From positions 1 through 55,854 of the forward strand of contig JAFAMM010000480.1 of NCBI GenBank assembly GCA_019233375.1: a stretch of 55,854 nt of DNA. The letters are read 5' to 3'. Origin of the DNA: Acidobacteriaceae bacterium. GTDB lineage: Bacteria > Acidobacteriota > Terriglobia > Bryobacterales > Bryobacteraceae. Below are positions 1-9,735 of this stretch, in pieces. Position 1 is the stretch's first letter; every line of letters begins with the position of its first letter. A model generated the notes under the pieces. It did no database searches, was not told the origin of the DNA, and was given only the letters and a program-made list of their open reading frames with translations. Made by a program: the position numbers and the translations under genes.

Positions 1-521
1 GCGACCGCAATCGGGATCTTGAAGACGGTGTCTATAGCGCAACCAGCGATCCTCTGAAACCGCTCCTTCCTCCGTCCCCCGAGCCCGTGCCGCCGCATTT
101 CAACTTTGCTCCTGTGCAGAATGCGGCGGACGAGCTAGCCGCGAGCGCCGTCCGTCTTGAAAAGGCCTGGAACAAGCATCAGGCAAGCGGCTGGTCATTG
201 CCGCCCGAAAGGGTAAATGCGGTGAACGCGCTGATGATGCAGGCCGGCCCCGCGCTCACGGATGCTGGGGGCTTACCCGGGCGGCCGTGGTTCAAGAACA
301 TGATCTATGCGCCCGGCGCGTATACCGGTTATGAAGCGAAGCCGCTGCCGGGTGTCCTTGAAGCGCTTGATCGAAAAGATTGGGCCGAAGCTGAGTCCCA
401 GATTCCACGGGAAGCCGAGGCGCTAAAGCGCGAGAAAAAGGTTGTGGACGAAATCATCGCCGCGCTGAAAGGAGAAGCGGTGCCGGTGAACTCGCCGACG
501 TCAGCGTCGGGCCGGCGGTAA
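1..521 (+). CDS. M28/glutamate-carboxypeptidase-II-like peptidase, C-terminal (transferrin-receptor-like dimerisation) part; 5' end lies outside the window
   Basis: The reading frame is open from nt 3 to the TAA at 519-521. The segment RPWFKNMIYAPGAYTGYEAKPLPGVLEAL parallels the [29 protein letters not shown] region of GCPII-type enzymes. Confidence 0.6.
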   Translation, partial: DRNRDLEDGVYSATSDPLKPLLPPSPEPVPPHFNFAPVQNAADELAASAVRLEKAWNKHQASGWSLPPERVNAVNALMMQAGPALTDAGGLPGRPWFKNMIYAPGAYTGYEAKPLPGVLEALDRKDWAEAESQIPREAEALKREKKVVDEIIAALKGEAVPVNSPTSASGRR

Positions 522-523
522 GT

Positions 524-859
524 ATGACCCATCCACAGCCAGGGCTTGAAGAAGACGACCTGTTCCTGATGGCGAACCTCTCACCCGCGCGTACCGGCTT
601 ACCGTTTGTCGTCTGGATCTCCCCGCGCGGCAACGCGCAGCACGATATCCGGGTCAAGGTATCACGCGGACCGGCGGCCCACAATTTCGTAACTGTGGCG
701 CTCAGGCCGCTGCGTGTGATTGGTGGGGAACTAAGCGCACAGGATCTTGAATTACTCCGTCGCTGGGTCGAACTGAACTGGGACGTCTTACGCGGTTATT
801 GGGACGGGAGTATCCAATACACGGAGGACGCTATCGCGCAGCTCCGCTCGATCGCCTAG
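524..859 (+). CDS. small hypothetical protein, weakly DUF4160-like
   Basis: This 111-aa ORF starts 2 nt after the peptidase stop. Its C-terminal half (GELSAQDLELLRRWVELNWDVLRGYWDG) resembles DUF4160-type proteins. The family call is weak. Confidence 0.35.
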   Translation: MTHPQPGLEEDDLFLMANLSPARTGLPFVVWISPRGNAQHDIRVKVSRGPAAHNFVTVALRPLRVIGGELSAQDLELLRRWVELNWDVLRGYWDGSIQYTEDAIAQLRSIA

Positions 860-928
860 AACCCCCGGCATCCCTCACCCGGCGTCGCTGGCTGCGCCGC
901 CGACAATGACAGGGAGATTCGCTGGAAC

Positions 929-1768
929 TTACTTCTTCGGCAGCGTGGAAAGCTGCGCGACGGCTGCAGCGGCCGTCAGTCTCGCCACATCTTTGTCGTC
1001 ATTAAGTCCCTTAGTGATTTGCGGCAACAGCGAGGAGTCACCGCGCCGGGCGATGGCATCGTAGGCGGCGGCTCGTATTTCCCAATGACTGTCGCCGGTC
1101 GCATTGACCAAGGCTGTTCCAGAGCGTGGATCGGGATCCTTGGCGAGCATCTTGACTGCGGTTGCTTTCACGACCAGTTCCTGGTTCTCGCTGCTATGAA
1201 ATTTTTGGTACGCACCCCAGGCGATGCCGCCAAAGGGAGCATATCCGATGCCTTGTTCGAATGCCATCTCGGCCATTCCCTTGGGATTATGCAGCATCTG
1301 GTCAACCTCTTGCTCCTGGCTCCCGATCAGGCTTTCTCCCGATTTGCGCTCGCCTGTGACTAGAGCGTAATAGACGCCGTATCCGGTTTCGCTGCCCGTC
1401 ATTACCAGAGCATGAGCCGCGGCGAGCACCACGTTACCGTCCTGATCCTTGAGTGCGTTACGCAGGGCGGGGATGGCGCTCTTCGCTTTCAGGGTTCCCA
1501 AGCTGCCGGCGGCCGCCTTTCGAACGTCGGGATCCTGGTCGTTCAGCGCTTGCACCGCCAAGCCAGCGGCCCTGGGGTCGCCCGGGATCAGCGCGAGGAC
1601 AGTGACGGCGGCAACACGCGTTTCGCTATTTTTGTCGGTTGTACCTGACTGCAGAATGGCCCACGCCTGCTGGCGAGGGGCCTGCCCGTATCCGGGGTGT
1701 AAGTTCAGCAGAAAAAGTACACAGGCCGGGGCTGCCGCGACGAGCCTTGCGATACGGTGAGATTTCAT
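929..1768 (-). CDS. secreted HEAT-repeat protein
   Basis: The protein has a hydrophobic N-terminus (LVAAAPACVLFLLNL). It also has repeated HEAT/PBS-lyase-like units (DPDVRKAAAGSLGTLKAKSAIPALRNALKDQDGNVVLAAAHAL; HWEIRAAAYDAIARRGDSSLLPQI). Confidence 0.65.
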   Translation of the reverse strand: MKSHRIARLVAAAPACVLFLLNLHPGYGQAPRQQAWAILQSGTTDKNSETRVAAVTVLALIPGDPRAAGLAVQALNDQDPDVRKAAAGSLGTLKAKSAIPALRNALKDQDGNVVLAAAHALVMTGSETGYGVYYALVTGERKSGESLIGSQEQEVDQMLHNPKGMAEMAFEQGIGYAPFGGIAWGAYQKFHSSENQELVVKATAVKMLAKDPDPRSGTALVNATGDSHWEIRAAAYDAIARRGDSSLLPQITKGLNDDKDVARLTAAAAVAQLSTLPKK

Positions 1769-1888
1769 TGGAATCCCTTCAGAAGAGTGCCTCTGGCAAG
1801 AGGATGCGGTTTGGCCCGGTGAGTTCTAAAAAAACGCCCGTCCGTTGATCCCGCCGCGGACCGCCGGAAAGAGCCCGTGGGCAGCGAC

Positions 1889-2437
1889 TTACTCGGACGG
1901 CAGCTTGTCTTCGAGTGATCGCGCTATGTTCTCGACAGCGGTCACCTGTCCTAACTCGCCCACCTCAGGATCCACCACGTCCTCTTCGATACCCATTTTG
2001 CGGCTCATGCGCTCGATCATCTGAATGATTTTCGTCGTTTCCTTTTCGTTGAGCAGATTGACTTGAAGATCAAGATGACTGCGCGTATCAGCGCGCTGGC
2101 TCATGCGGTTCTGCTTAATCAGCACGAATGTCGAAAGCACCACACCCTCCAGCGACACAATCATGCAGAGGAGCGCAAAGGGGTAGGGATCAAAGGCTTT
2201 CATGAATGGAATCCAGCCGAGGTTGATGGGTACCCAAACAAGAAACCAAACGATATGGACGTACACGAAAAGCATGCTGCCGACGAAATTAGCGATGCCA
2301 TCCGCGACCCTTTCGGAAACGGTCCGGCGCTGCTGAGCTTCTTCTTCCAGCCTGACGATCTGATCTATGTTTTCCTGCGCGGCTCGCGGGGTAATGGGGG
2401 GCTGTGATAGGGCGCTCATCAGTTTCCAGACGGTCAA
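1889..2437 (-). CDS. DUF1003 family membrane protein
   Basis: Two TM segments are followed by the motif QNRMSQRADTRSHLDLQVNLLNEKETTKIIQMIE, which is typical of DUF1003. Confidence 0.65.
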   Translation of the reverse strand: MTVWKLMSALSQPPITPRAAQENIDQIVRLEEEAQQRRTVSERVADGIANFVGSMLFVYVHIVWFLVWVPINLGWIPFMKAFDPYPFALLCMIVSLEGVVLSTFVLIKQNRMSQRADTRSHLDLQVNLLNEKETTKIIQMIERMSRKMGIEEDVVDPEVGELGQVTAVENIARSLEDKLPSE

Positions 2438-2469
2438 ACGTTGGATACCGGGGCGCTCTGAAGGTTTCC

Positions 2470-3405
2470 TTAATGACCTTCGGCCTCGAGGAACCGCTCG
2501 GCTTCAATCGCTGCCATGCAGCCCGCGCCCGAGGCCGTCACGGCCTGGCGATACACGCGATCCTGCACGTCGCCTGCGTGAAATACACCCGCAATGTTGG
2601 TGCGTGCGCCACCGTGCGAAATGATATAGCCGTCCGGGTCGAGGTCTAACTGGGCCGCAAAGGGTTTTGTGTTTGGGATGTGACCGATTGCGACGAAGAA
2701 ACCATCCACTTCGCGGTCATACACTTCGTGAGTCCGAACGTTGCGGAGTTTCACGCCGGTAACGTGGCCCTTTTCAATATCGAAGACATCTTCCACGACC
2801 GTATTGGTGAGAAATTTGATTTTGGGATTTCGTTGCGCCCGGTCGAGCATGATGCGGGACGCTCGGAAGTGCTCGCTGCGGTGAACGATCGCGACTTCGC
2901 TACCGAATCGACTGAGGAAATTCGCTTCTTCCATTGCGGAGTCGCCGCCGCCGATGACCATGATCTTCTTGTCACGGAAGAAGAAGCCGTCGCAGGTAGC
3001 GCAGGAGCTGACGCCATGGCCGATCAGCTTTTGTTCATTCGGGAGATTCAGCCAGCGAGCAGAGGCCCCGGTAGCGATGATCAGGATGGAGGTATGAACC
3101 GATTCGCCCTGTTCCAGTTCGAGTTTGAAGGGGCGTTTCGAAAGATCGGCATGCTTCACGCGTGCGTGCTGGTAGGTTGCGCCAAAACGGATTGCCTGCT
3201 GCTTCATGTGTTCAACCAGCATGGGGCCGTTGATGCCTTCCGGAAAACCGGGGAAATTCTCCACTTCAGTGGTGATGGAGAGCTGCCCGCCAGGCTCATG
3301 GCCTTCGAGTATAAGAGGGCGCAAATTAGCTCTGGCTGAATAGATTGCTGCCGTATTCCCGGCGCACCCTGAGCCGAGAATCACTACCTGATGTGAATTG
3401 TTCAT
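2470..3405 (-). CDS. trxB: thioredoxin-disulfide reductase
   Basis: The protein carries a GSGCAGNTAA FAD site, a CATC redox centre and a GGGDSAMEEA NADPH site. I prefer the ATG at 3405 (MNNSHQVVILGSG). The longer ORF to 3492 would run into feoB. This ATG overlaps the feoB TGA (ATGA at 3402-3405). Confidence 0.9.
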   Translation of the reverse strand: MNNSHQVVILGSGCAGNTAAIYSARANLRPLILEGHEPGGQLSITTEVENFPGFPEGINGPMLVEHMKQQAIRFGATYQHARVKHADLSKRPFKLELEQGESVHTSILIIATGASARWLNLPNEQKLIGHGVSSCATCDGFFFRDKKIMVIGGGDSAMEEANFLSRFGSEVAIVHRSEHFRASRIMLDRAQRNPKIKFLTNTVVEDVFDIEKGHVTGVKLRNVRTHEVYDREVDGFFVAIGHIPNTKPFAAQLDLDPDGYIISHGGARTNIAGVFHAGDVQDRVYRQAVTASGAGCMAAIEAERFLEAEGH

Positions 3406-5333
3406 CCGAGGAAGTAACGAGTGATGTGGAACGCTATCCAGGAACCAGAGTACGCCAGCGCCAGCATGTAACCAAACTGGAAAGCGGGCCACCGCCAGCC
3501 GCCCGTTTCACGCTTTACCACCGCAAGGGTTGAGAAGCATTGCATGGCGAAGGCGAAGAAGATGAGGAGAGCGACCGCTCCGGCCGTACTCAGATCCTGA
3601 CGCACCGCAGCCTGCAGCCCTTTCGATTGCTGAAGCTCATCTCCTTCGATGCCGTAGATGGTTCCGAGGGTTCCGACGATCACCTCGCGGGCGGCGAGAG
3701 AGGTGATCAGACCGATACCGATTTTCCAGTTGAAGCCGAGCGGTTTGATGGCGGGCTCGATGCCCTTCCCGACCATGCCGGCCAAACTATGTTCGAGCGG
3801 CGGAGTTTTGCCGTTCTCGAGCGGCAGGTGCGCAAGTACCCACAGCAAGACGGCGACGAGCAGGATGACGGTTCCGGCGCGCTTCAAAAAGATCTTGGCG
3901 CGATCGAGCAGGCGCAAGCTCAGCGATTGCAGGGTGGGCCAGCGGTACGGCGGCATCTCCAGGATGAAAGAGGAGCCGCGGCTCTGGAGTATGGTCGATT
4001 TCAGAACGCGCGCGGTGATGATAGCGGCTGCGAAGCCGAGAATATACAAACTCAGCATGGTAGCGGCAGGAAGTGAGAAGAACCCGCCGGCAAGCGGAAT
4101 GTTCGGGATGAAGGCCGCAATGATCAGCGTATACACGGGCAGGCGCGCCGAGCAGGTCATGAGCGGGGCGATCATGATGGTCGCGATGCGGTCGCGCTTG
4201 TTCTCGATGACACGCGTCGCCATCACGGCGGGAACCGCGCAGGCGTATGCCGAAAGCAGCGGGATGAACGATTTGCCCTGCAGCCCGAATTTTGCCATCG
4301 TGCGATCCGCTATGAGGGCGGCTCGCGCCAAGTAACCGGAGTCTTCGAGGATGCCGATGAACAGGAACAGCAGCAGAATCTGCGGCAGAAACACCACCAC
4401 CGAGCCCACGCCGCTCAAAATACCGTCAACCAGCAGGGATCGCCAGGGCGAGTCCGGCAGCACGGTAGTGAGCCAATGCCCGAAGTTAAGAAGCACGCCT
4501 TGCAGGCTGTCCATCAATGGTTTCGCCCAGGAAAAAATACTCTGGAACACAGCCACCACGACGGCCGCAAAAACGAGCGGACCCGCAACCGGATGAAGGA
4601 AGACGGCATCCAGGCGCCGGGTCCAAAGTGGAGGCGCCGGGGCGCGGTAGGAGGCTTGCGCGCCTAATTTGGCCGCCCACTGGCGGCACTTCGGCACGTC
4701 CTGCAAGACCGGCAGCTCAATGCGGGCAGGCGGGGCGTTCAGGCGCGCCGCCGTGCCCATCAGGAACTGCTGAATACGCTCGATCCCGATGCCTTTGGAG
4801 GCGCTGATGAGAGCGACAGGCGTGTTCAAATCGGACGAAAGCGCCGCTATATCGACCTTTCCGCCGCGCTGCTCAAGATCATCCGCCATGTTCAGAAGCA
4901 CCAGGGTGGGCAAGCCCAGGTCGAGAATGGGCGCGGCGAGCACCAGATGGCGGCCCAGGTTCGTCGCGTCGAGGATGAGAATGACCGCGTCGGGCTTCGG
5001 AAAGTCGCCCCGCTCGCCTTTCAGGACGTCATGCGTGACCTGTTCGTCCTCCGCCCGCGGGTGAAGACTGTAGACGCCGGGCAGATCGACGAGGAACACT
5101 TCGTGATTGTCTTTGAGCTTCGCCTTGCCCATGCGGTGCTCCACGGTGACGCCGGGGAAATTGGCGACTTTTTGGCGCAGACCGGTCAAGCGATTGAAAA
5201 GTGTTGATTTTCCGGCATTGGGTGGCCCCACGATGGCCACAATGATCGGCCGGTCATTGGCGGGGCGAGGAGGAAGGATGGAAGGATTCGGCAGCAGGCC
5301 GGCGCGGGGACTAGCCCCGTGGCAATCACTCAT
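3402..5333 (-). CDS. feoB: ferrous iron transporter FeoB
   Basis: The N-terminal G domain has GPPNAGKST, DLPG and NMAD motifs. It is followed by a long polytopic membrane domain. The start ATG overlaps the feoA TGA. Confidence 0.92.
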   Translation of the reverse strand: MSDCHGASPRAGLLPNPSILPPRPANDRPIIVAIVGPPNAGKSTLFNRLTGLRQKVANFPGVTVEHRMGKAKLKDNHEVFLVDLPGVYSLHPRAEDEQVTHDVLKGERGDFPKPDAVILILDATNLGRHLVLAAPILDLGLPTLVLLNMADDLEQRGGKVDIAALSSDLNTPVALISASKGIGIERIQQFLMGTAARLNAPPARIELPVLQDVPKCRQWAAKLGAQASYRAPAPPLWTRRLDAVFLHPVAGPLVFAAVVVAVFQSIFSWAKPLMDSLQGVLLNFGHWLTTVLPDSPWRSLLVDGILSGVGSVVVFLPQILLLFLFIGILEDSGYLARAALIADRTMAKFGLQGKSFIPLLSAYACAVPAVMATRVIENKRDRIATIMIAPLMTCSARLPVYTLIIAAFIPNIPLAGGFFSLPAATMLSLYILGFAAAIITARVLKSTILQSRGSSFILEMPPYRWPTLQSLSLRLLDRAKIFLKRAGTVILLVAVLLWVLAHLPLENGKTPPLEHSLAGMVGKGIEPAIKPLGFNWKIGIGLITSLAAREVIVGTLGTIYGIEGDELQQSKGLQAAVRQDLSTAGAVALLIFFAFAMQCFSTLAVVKRETGGWRWPAFQFGYMLALAYSGSWIAFHITRYFLG

Positions 5334-5629
5334 GAAGTCACCGCGACATCTGATTCTGGATGCAGGCGAACGTACAGCCGTGCGGCTGTTTCTTCCCTTA
5401 GAGCAACTTCAGAGCCATCCACCTGGAAAACACGCGGACCGCCGCCGGGAGCGCGCCGGCCGGGTATGATTTCATGCCCGGGGAGAAAGCCCAGCTCCAT
5501 CAACCGCCTGGCTAGGCCTTCCGGTAAATCGAGCCGTTCCAGTATGCAGCGTTCGCCTGTGGCGAGCTCGGCAAGTGTGCGGGGTGACGGTTCAGACGCG
5601 CCGATGGCGGCTCTGTTAGCGGAATCCAT
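5330..5629 (-). CDS. feoA: FeoA family iron transport protein
   Basis: This is the last 99 codons of the 285-aa track ORF, starting at the ATG at 5629 (MDSANR...). The FeoA-like core is LAELATGERCILERLDLPEGLARRLMELGFLPGHEI. The upstream part of the track ORF is antisense to a better gene. Confidence 0.8.
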   Translation of the reverse strand: MDSANRAAIGASEPSPRTLAELATGERCILERLDLPEGLARRLMELGFLPGHEIIPGRRAPGGGPRVFQVDGSEVALREETAARLYVRLHPESDVAVTS

Positions 5630-5727
5630 GATATCGGACCACTTTAGTATGAGATTAACATGCGCACGAGCGAGCCGGACGGAGGACCACCCCCGGCGAG
5701 GTGAAACACTATTGTTAAACGATTGTT

Positions 5728-6744
5728 TTGATTCGGTGTTATCATTGCCGCATGCTGCGAGACCACTCGCAACATCCGACGCCATCGTTGGTGCGCGAAG
5801 CGGGTGATGCGTATACCCGTGAGGACGTCTGCCGGCTGCTGAAGATAGAGAACCGGCAGCTTCGGAGTTGGGAGCGCCAGGAACTGATTCCCCGGCAAAC
5901 CCGCTACAATTTCTCAGATTTGCTGGCGCTGAAGCGGCTGATCCGGCTGCGGGAACAGAGGGCGCACCCGCGCGTGATGCGGGACGCGCTTCATGGACTG
6001 CGCGAATTTCTGAAGGAATCGCCGGACCACGGCCAGGATGTTCAGATCTACAAAGAAGGCCGGCGCGTGTGCGTGAAGATCGGCAAACACCGGCTGGAGC
6101 CCGCCTCGGGGCAGATGTTGTTCGACTTTGAGGAATCCGAGCTAAATAAGCTTCTGCAACTGCCCGTAACGCAGCGGAATGGCGCAAGTGTAGCGGAAAA
6201 GCTCAGGAACAAGCTGGAGGCGGACCGCTGGTTTGAACACGGCCTCGAACTCGAACAGACCGGGGCGCCGTTTGAACAGATCATCGAAGCCTACCAGAAA
6301 GCGACGGAACTGGATCCGCGCTCGGCCGGCGCGCTGGTGAATCTCGGAACAGTGTTTTTCAACGGACATGCCTGGGCGGATGCCGAGGAGCAGTACAAGA
6401 AGGCGCTTGAAGTCGATCCGGACTATGCGCTGGCGCACTTCAATCTGGGCAATCTGTACGACGAACAAGGCGATACTGCAAGCGCGCTACAGCATTACCA
6501 CGCCGCGCTGCGGCTGCAGCCGAATTACGCGGATGCGCATTACAATCTGGCGCTGCTGCATCAGGGAACGCGCGACATCATGAGCGCTGTTCGGCATTGG
6601 CGGGCGTATCTGAAGCTGGATGGCACCAGCACGTGGGCGCAAATCGCACGCCGCGAGCTTCAAAAACTGGAGTCATCGACCATCGTGCAAGGAAGCCGGC
6701 CGCCGGCAGCGAAGTGGCAATTACTGACGAGCGAGAAGGCGTGA
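5728..6744 (+). CDS. MerR-type HTH protein fused to TPR repeats
   Basis: The N-terminus has a MerR-like HTH (YTREDVCRLLKIENRQLRSWERQELIP...YNFSDLLALKRLIRLRE). The C-terminus has at least 4 TPR units (AEEQYKKALEVDPDYALAHFNLGNLY..., ALQHYHAALRLQPNYADAHYNLALLH). The start could instead be the ATG at 5749. Confidence 0.7.
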   Translation: MIRCYHCRMLRDHSQHPTPSLVREAGDAYTREDVCRLLKIENRQLRSWERQELIPRQTRYNFSDLLALKRLIRLREQRAHPRVMRDALHGLREFLKESPDHGQDVQIYKEGRRVCVKIGKHRLEPASGQMLFDFEESELNKLLQLPVTQRNGASVAEKLRNKLEADRWFEHGLELEQTGAPFEQIIEAYQKATELDPRSAGALVNLGTVFFNGHAWADAEEQYKKALEVDPDYALAHFNLGNLYDEQGDTASALQHYHAALRLQPNYADAHYNLALLHQGTRDIMSAVRHWRAYLKLDGTSTWAQIARRELQKLESSTIVQGSRPPAAKWQLLTSEKA

Positions 6745-6794
6745 AAGGCTCGGCGCCGCGTACCGGCGTGGGCTGACGGGCGGTTCGGGGTGGA

Positions 6795-8297
6795 TCAGTC
6801 AGCCGCCTGGCTGGCGGCAGCCGCGGGTCTCCAGCGGACAACCGGCTTGCGTGCCGCCGTCACCTCGTCGACGCGCGGCGTGCGGGTGGAATGCGGGGCT
6901 TTGAGGACGAGTTCGGGGTTGTCTTCGACCTCTTTCGCGATCGAGATCATGGCGCCGGCAAACTGATCGAGCTCGAGTTTGCTTTCGGTTTCGGTCGGCT
7001 CGATCATGAGCGCGCCGCGCACGATCAGGGGGAAGCTGACGGTGTACGGATGGAAGCCGTAATCGATGAGACGCTTGGCGATATCTCCGGTACGCACGCC
7101 TTTTTTCGCCTGCCGGTCGTCGCTGAACACGCACTCGTGCATGCTGGGCGCTTCGTAGGCGATTTGGTAGTGAGGCTCGAGAAGCGTGCGCAGGTAGTTG
7201 GCATTCAGCAGCGCATCGAGGGTGGCCTGGCGCAGACCATTGCCGCCATGCGCCAGTATGTAGGCGAGCGCGCGAATCAACACGCCGAAATTTCCATAAA
7301 AGGCGCGGACGCGGCCGATCGATTGAGGGCAATCATAGTTCCACGTCCACCCGTTGGCCGCTCGCCGCAGGCGCGGGCCGGGTAGAAATGGAGTAAGAAC
7401 CTGAGCAACAGCGACTGCACCGGCGCCGGGCCCTCCGCCGCCGTGAGGGGTCGAGAACGTTTTGTGCAGGTTGAGATGCATAACGTCGACTCCGAAATCG
7501 CCCGGGCGCGCAACGCCGACGAGCGCGTTCATGTTCGCGCCATCCATGTAAACGAGCGCGCCTTTATCGTGCAGGATGCCGCAGATTTTCCGGATGTTCT
7601 CTTCGAACACACCCACCGTATTCGGATTGGTGATCATGAGGGCGGCGACATCATCCGTGACAGCGCGCGCGAGGACTTCGAGATCAACGACCCCGCGATC
7701 ATTCGACTTGATGTTTTCGACACTGTAACCGACCATCATGGCGGTAGCGGGATTCGTGCCGTGCGCCGAATCCGGGACGAGGATTTTGCTGCGAGCTCCG
7801 CCGCGCGATTCAAGCAGAGCGCGGATCATTAAGATACCGGTAAACTCGCCATGCGCACCGGCAGCGGGCTGGAGCGTAACGGCGTCCATGCCGGTGATTT
7901 CGCCGAGGGCATGTTCGAGCGCCGCAATCACCTGCATCGCACCTTGAGAGAGGTGTTCCGGCTGATACGGATGCGCCCAGGCGAGCCCCTCGGTCCGGGC
8001 AACCACTTCATTGACCCGGGGATTGTACTTCATGGTGCATGAGCCGAGCGGATACAGCCCGAGGTCAATCGCGTAGTTCCAGGTGGAGAGGCGAGAGAAG
8101 TGGCGCAGCACTTCGAATTCGCTCACCTCCGGAAAATCTTCGATTTCGGAGCGGACGTTTTTTGCGCCGAGCGCCTGGACGGGGTCGACGGGAGGGACGT
8201 CGAGTTCGGGAAGTTGGTAGCCGCGCTTGCCCGGCGAAGTGCGCTCGAAGATGAGCGGCTCATTTTGAACGATGTGCTTGGAGACTTTATTGATCAT
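6795..8297 (-). CDS. gcvPB: glycine dehydrogenase (decarboxylating) subunit 2
   Basis: This 500-aa ORF has the P-protein subunit 2 N-terminus (NEPLIFERTSPGKRGYQLP) and a PLP-lysine region (HLNLHKTFSTPHGGGGPG). It is the last gene of the gcv operon. Confidence 0.93.
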   Translation of the reverse strand: MINKVSKHIVQNEPLIFERTSPGKRGYQLPELDVPPVDPVQALGAKNVRSEIEDFPEVSEFEVLRHFSRLSTWNYAIDLGLYPLGSCTMKYNPRVNEVVARTEGLAWAHPYQPEHLSQGAMQVIAALEHALGEITGMDAVTLQPAAGAHGEFTGILMIRALLESRGGARSKILVPDSAHGTNPATAMMVGYSVENIKSNDRGVVDLEVLARAVTDDVAALMITNPNTVGVFEENIRKICGILHDKGALVYMDGANMNALVGVARPGDFGVDVMHLNLHKTFSTPHGGGGPGAGAVAVAQVLTPFLPGPRLRRAANGWTWNYDCPQSIGRVRAFYGNFGVLIRALAYILAHGGNGLRQATLDALLNANYLRTLLEPHYQIAYEAPSMHECVFSDDRQAKKGVRTGDIAKRLIDYGFHPYTVSFPLIVRGALMIEPTETESKLELDQFAGAMISIAKEVEDNPELVLKAPHSTRTPRVDEVTAARKPVVRWRPAAAASQAAD

Positions 8298-8327
8298 TCG
8301 ATTTAAGGGGCTGAGCTTCGCGCGGGT

Positions 8328-9650
8328 TCAAGCCCGCCCCCCTTTGAAAGCTTGCGCAACTGTGTCCATCGTTTCGCGGCGGCTCATTTCCGTGGCACAA
8401 AGGAGCATGCATCCGTCCAGCTCCGGATAGAAACGGCCGAGCGGGAGCCCGCCTATGATTTTGTGTTCGAGCAGAGCGGCGTTGATCTGTTCAGGCGAGC
8501 GGCCATTCGTGCGCGCAACGAATTCGTTGAAAAACGGCGCATCAAAGCGCAGGGGCAGCTTTGCGGCGAGGTAATGGGCTTTGGAAAGGTTCTGTTCGGC
8601 AAGCTCACGCAACCCCTGCTTGCCGTAAATAGTCATGAATACCGTGGCCATGAGAGCGAGCAGGGCCTGATTCGTGCAGATGTTCGAGGTGGCCTTCTCG
8701 CGGCGGATGTGCTGCTCGCGCGTGGCAAGCGTCAGGCAAAAAGCCCGGCCGCCATGCGCGTCCGTGGTTTCGCCGACGAGACGTCCGGGCAACTGGCGCA
8801 TGTACTTTTCGTGGGTGGCGATTATGCCGGCGTAAGGACCGCCATAGCTGGGAGAGATAGCAAAGCTTTGCAACTCGCCGGCGACGATATCGGCCTGGCG
8901 CGGGGGTTCGATGAGCCCGAGCGCGACGGCTTCGGTGAAAACTACAATCAACAGCGCGCCCTTGCTTTTCGCAAGCGAAGAGATTTCATCTAACTGCTCG
9001 AGAATTCCGAAGAAGTTTGGCGTCTGCACAATGATCGCGGCCACCCCTTCACTGAGCTTCGATTTCAGATCGTCGAGATCGACGCGCCCGTTCTTGGAGT
9101 ACTTGATCTCTTCGACCGGTATGCCCTGGTGCTGCGTGTAAGTGCGGAGGACTTGACCATACTCAGGGTGCACGGAACGGGCGATGAGAATCTTATCGCG
9201 GCGCGTAATGCGAACGGCCATCATGGCGGCCTCCGGCACGGCGGAGGAGCCGTCGTACATGGAGGCATTGGCGACTTCCATGCCGGTCAGCTGGCAGACC
9301 ATGGTCTGGAACTCGAAGATGCTGGTGAGAGTGCCTTGCGAGATCTCGGCCGGATACGGCGTGTACGACGTCAGAAATTCGCCGCGCGAGACGACGGTGT
9401 CGACAAGTACGGGACGGTAGTGATTGTAAACCCCAGCGCCCAAGAACGTTGCGTACCCATTCGCGTTCTCATCCGCCAGGTGCTTGAAGTAGTCGATAAT
9501 TTCGTATTCACTTTTGCCGTTTTCGAGCCGAAGGCGCCCATTGAAGCGCACCTCAGAAGGCAAATACGAAACGAGATCTTCCTGCGAGCGAAGCCCGATG
9601 ACATCGAGCATCTCGCGCCGTTCAGAATCTGATTTAGGTAAGTAACGCAA
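8328..9650 (-). CDS. gcvPA: glycine dehydrogenase (decarboxylating) subunit 1
   Basis: This 440-aa ORF begins MRYLPKSDSERREMLDVIGL and contains EISQGTLTSIFEFQTMVCQLTGMEVANASMYDG, both typical of P-protein subunit 1. Confidence 0.93.
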   Translation of the reverse strand: MRYLPKSDSERREMLDVIGLRSQEDLVSYLPSEVRFNGRLRLENGKSEYEIIDYFKHLADENANGYATFLGAGVYNHYRPVLVDTVVSRGEFLTSYTPYPAEISQGTLTSIFEFQTMVCQLTGMEVANASMYDGSSAVPEAAMMAVRITRRDKILIARSVHPEYGQVLRTYTQHQGIPVEEIKYSKNGRVDLDDLKSKLSEGVAAIIVQTPNFFGILEQLDEISSLAKSKGALLIVVFTEAVALGLIEPPRQADIVAGELQSFAISPSYGGPYAGIIATHEKYMRQLPGRLVGETTDAHGGRAFCLTLATREQHIRREKATSNICTNQALLALMATVFMTIYGKQGLRELAEQNLSKAHYLAAKLPLRFDAPFFNEFVARTNGRSPEQINAALLEHKIIGGLPLGRFYPELDGCMLLCATEMSRRETMDTVAQAFKGGRA

Positions 9651-9735
9651 CTAGGTTCCTGTTTTTTGCCGCCACTCCGTCCCGTTCGCGGCTCAGTATG
9701 AAAAATAGCAGCGCGGTCGAGTGTGGAGGCAGAAT

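Noticed and set aside
5630-5760. Fur box in the feoA / MerR-TPR divergent region
   Set aside because: Only an ATCATT core (5741-5746) and ATTGTT direct repeats are present. Alignment to GATAATGATAATCATTATC gives few matches. The regulator motif for this phylum is unknown to me.
5330-6187. 285-aa minus-strand ORF treated as one gene
   Set aside because: Only the last 99 codons are FeoA-like. The upstream 186 codons are Arg/Ala/Pro-rich and antisense to the MerR-TPR gene.
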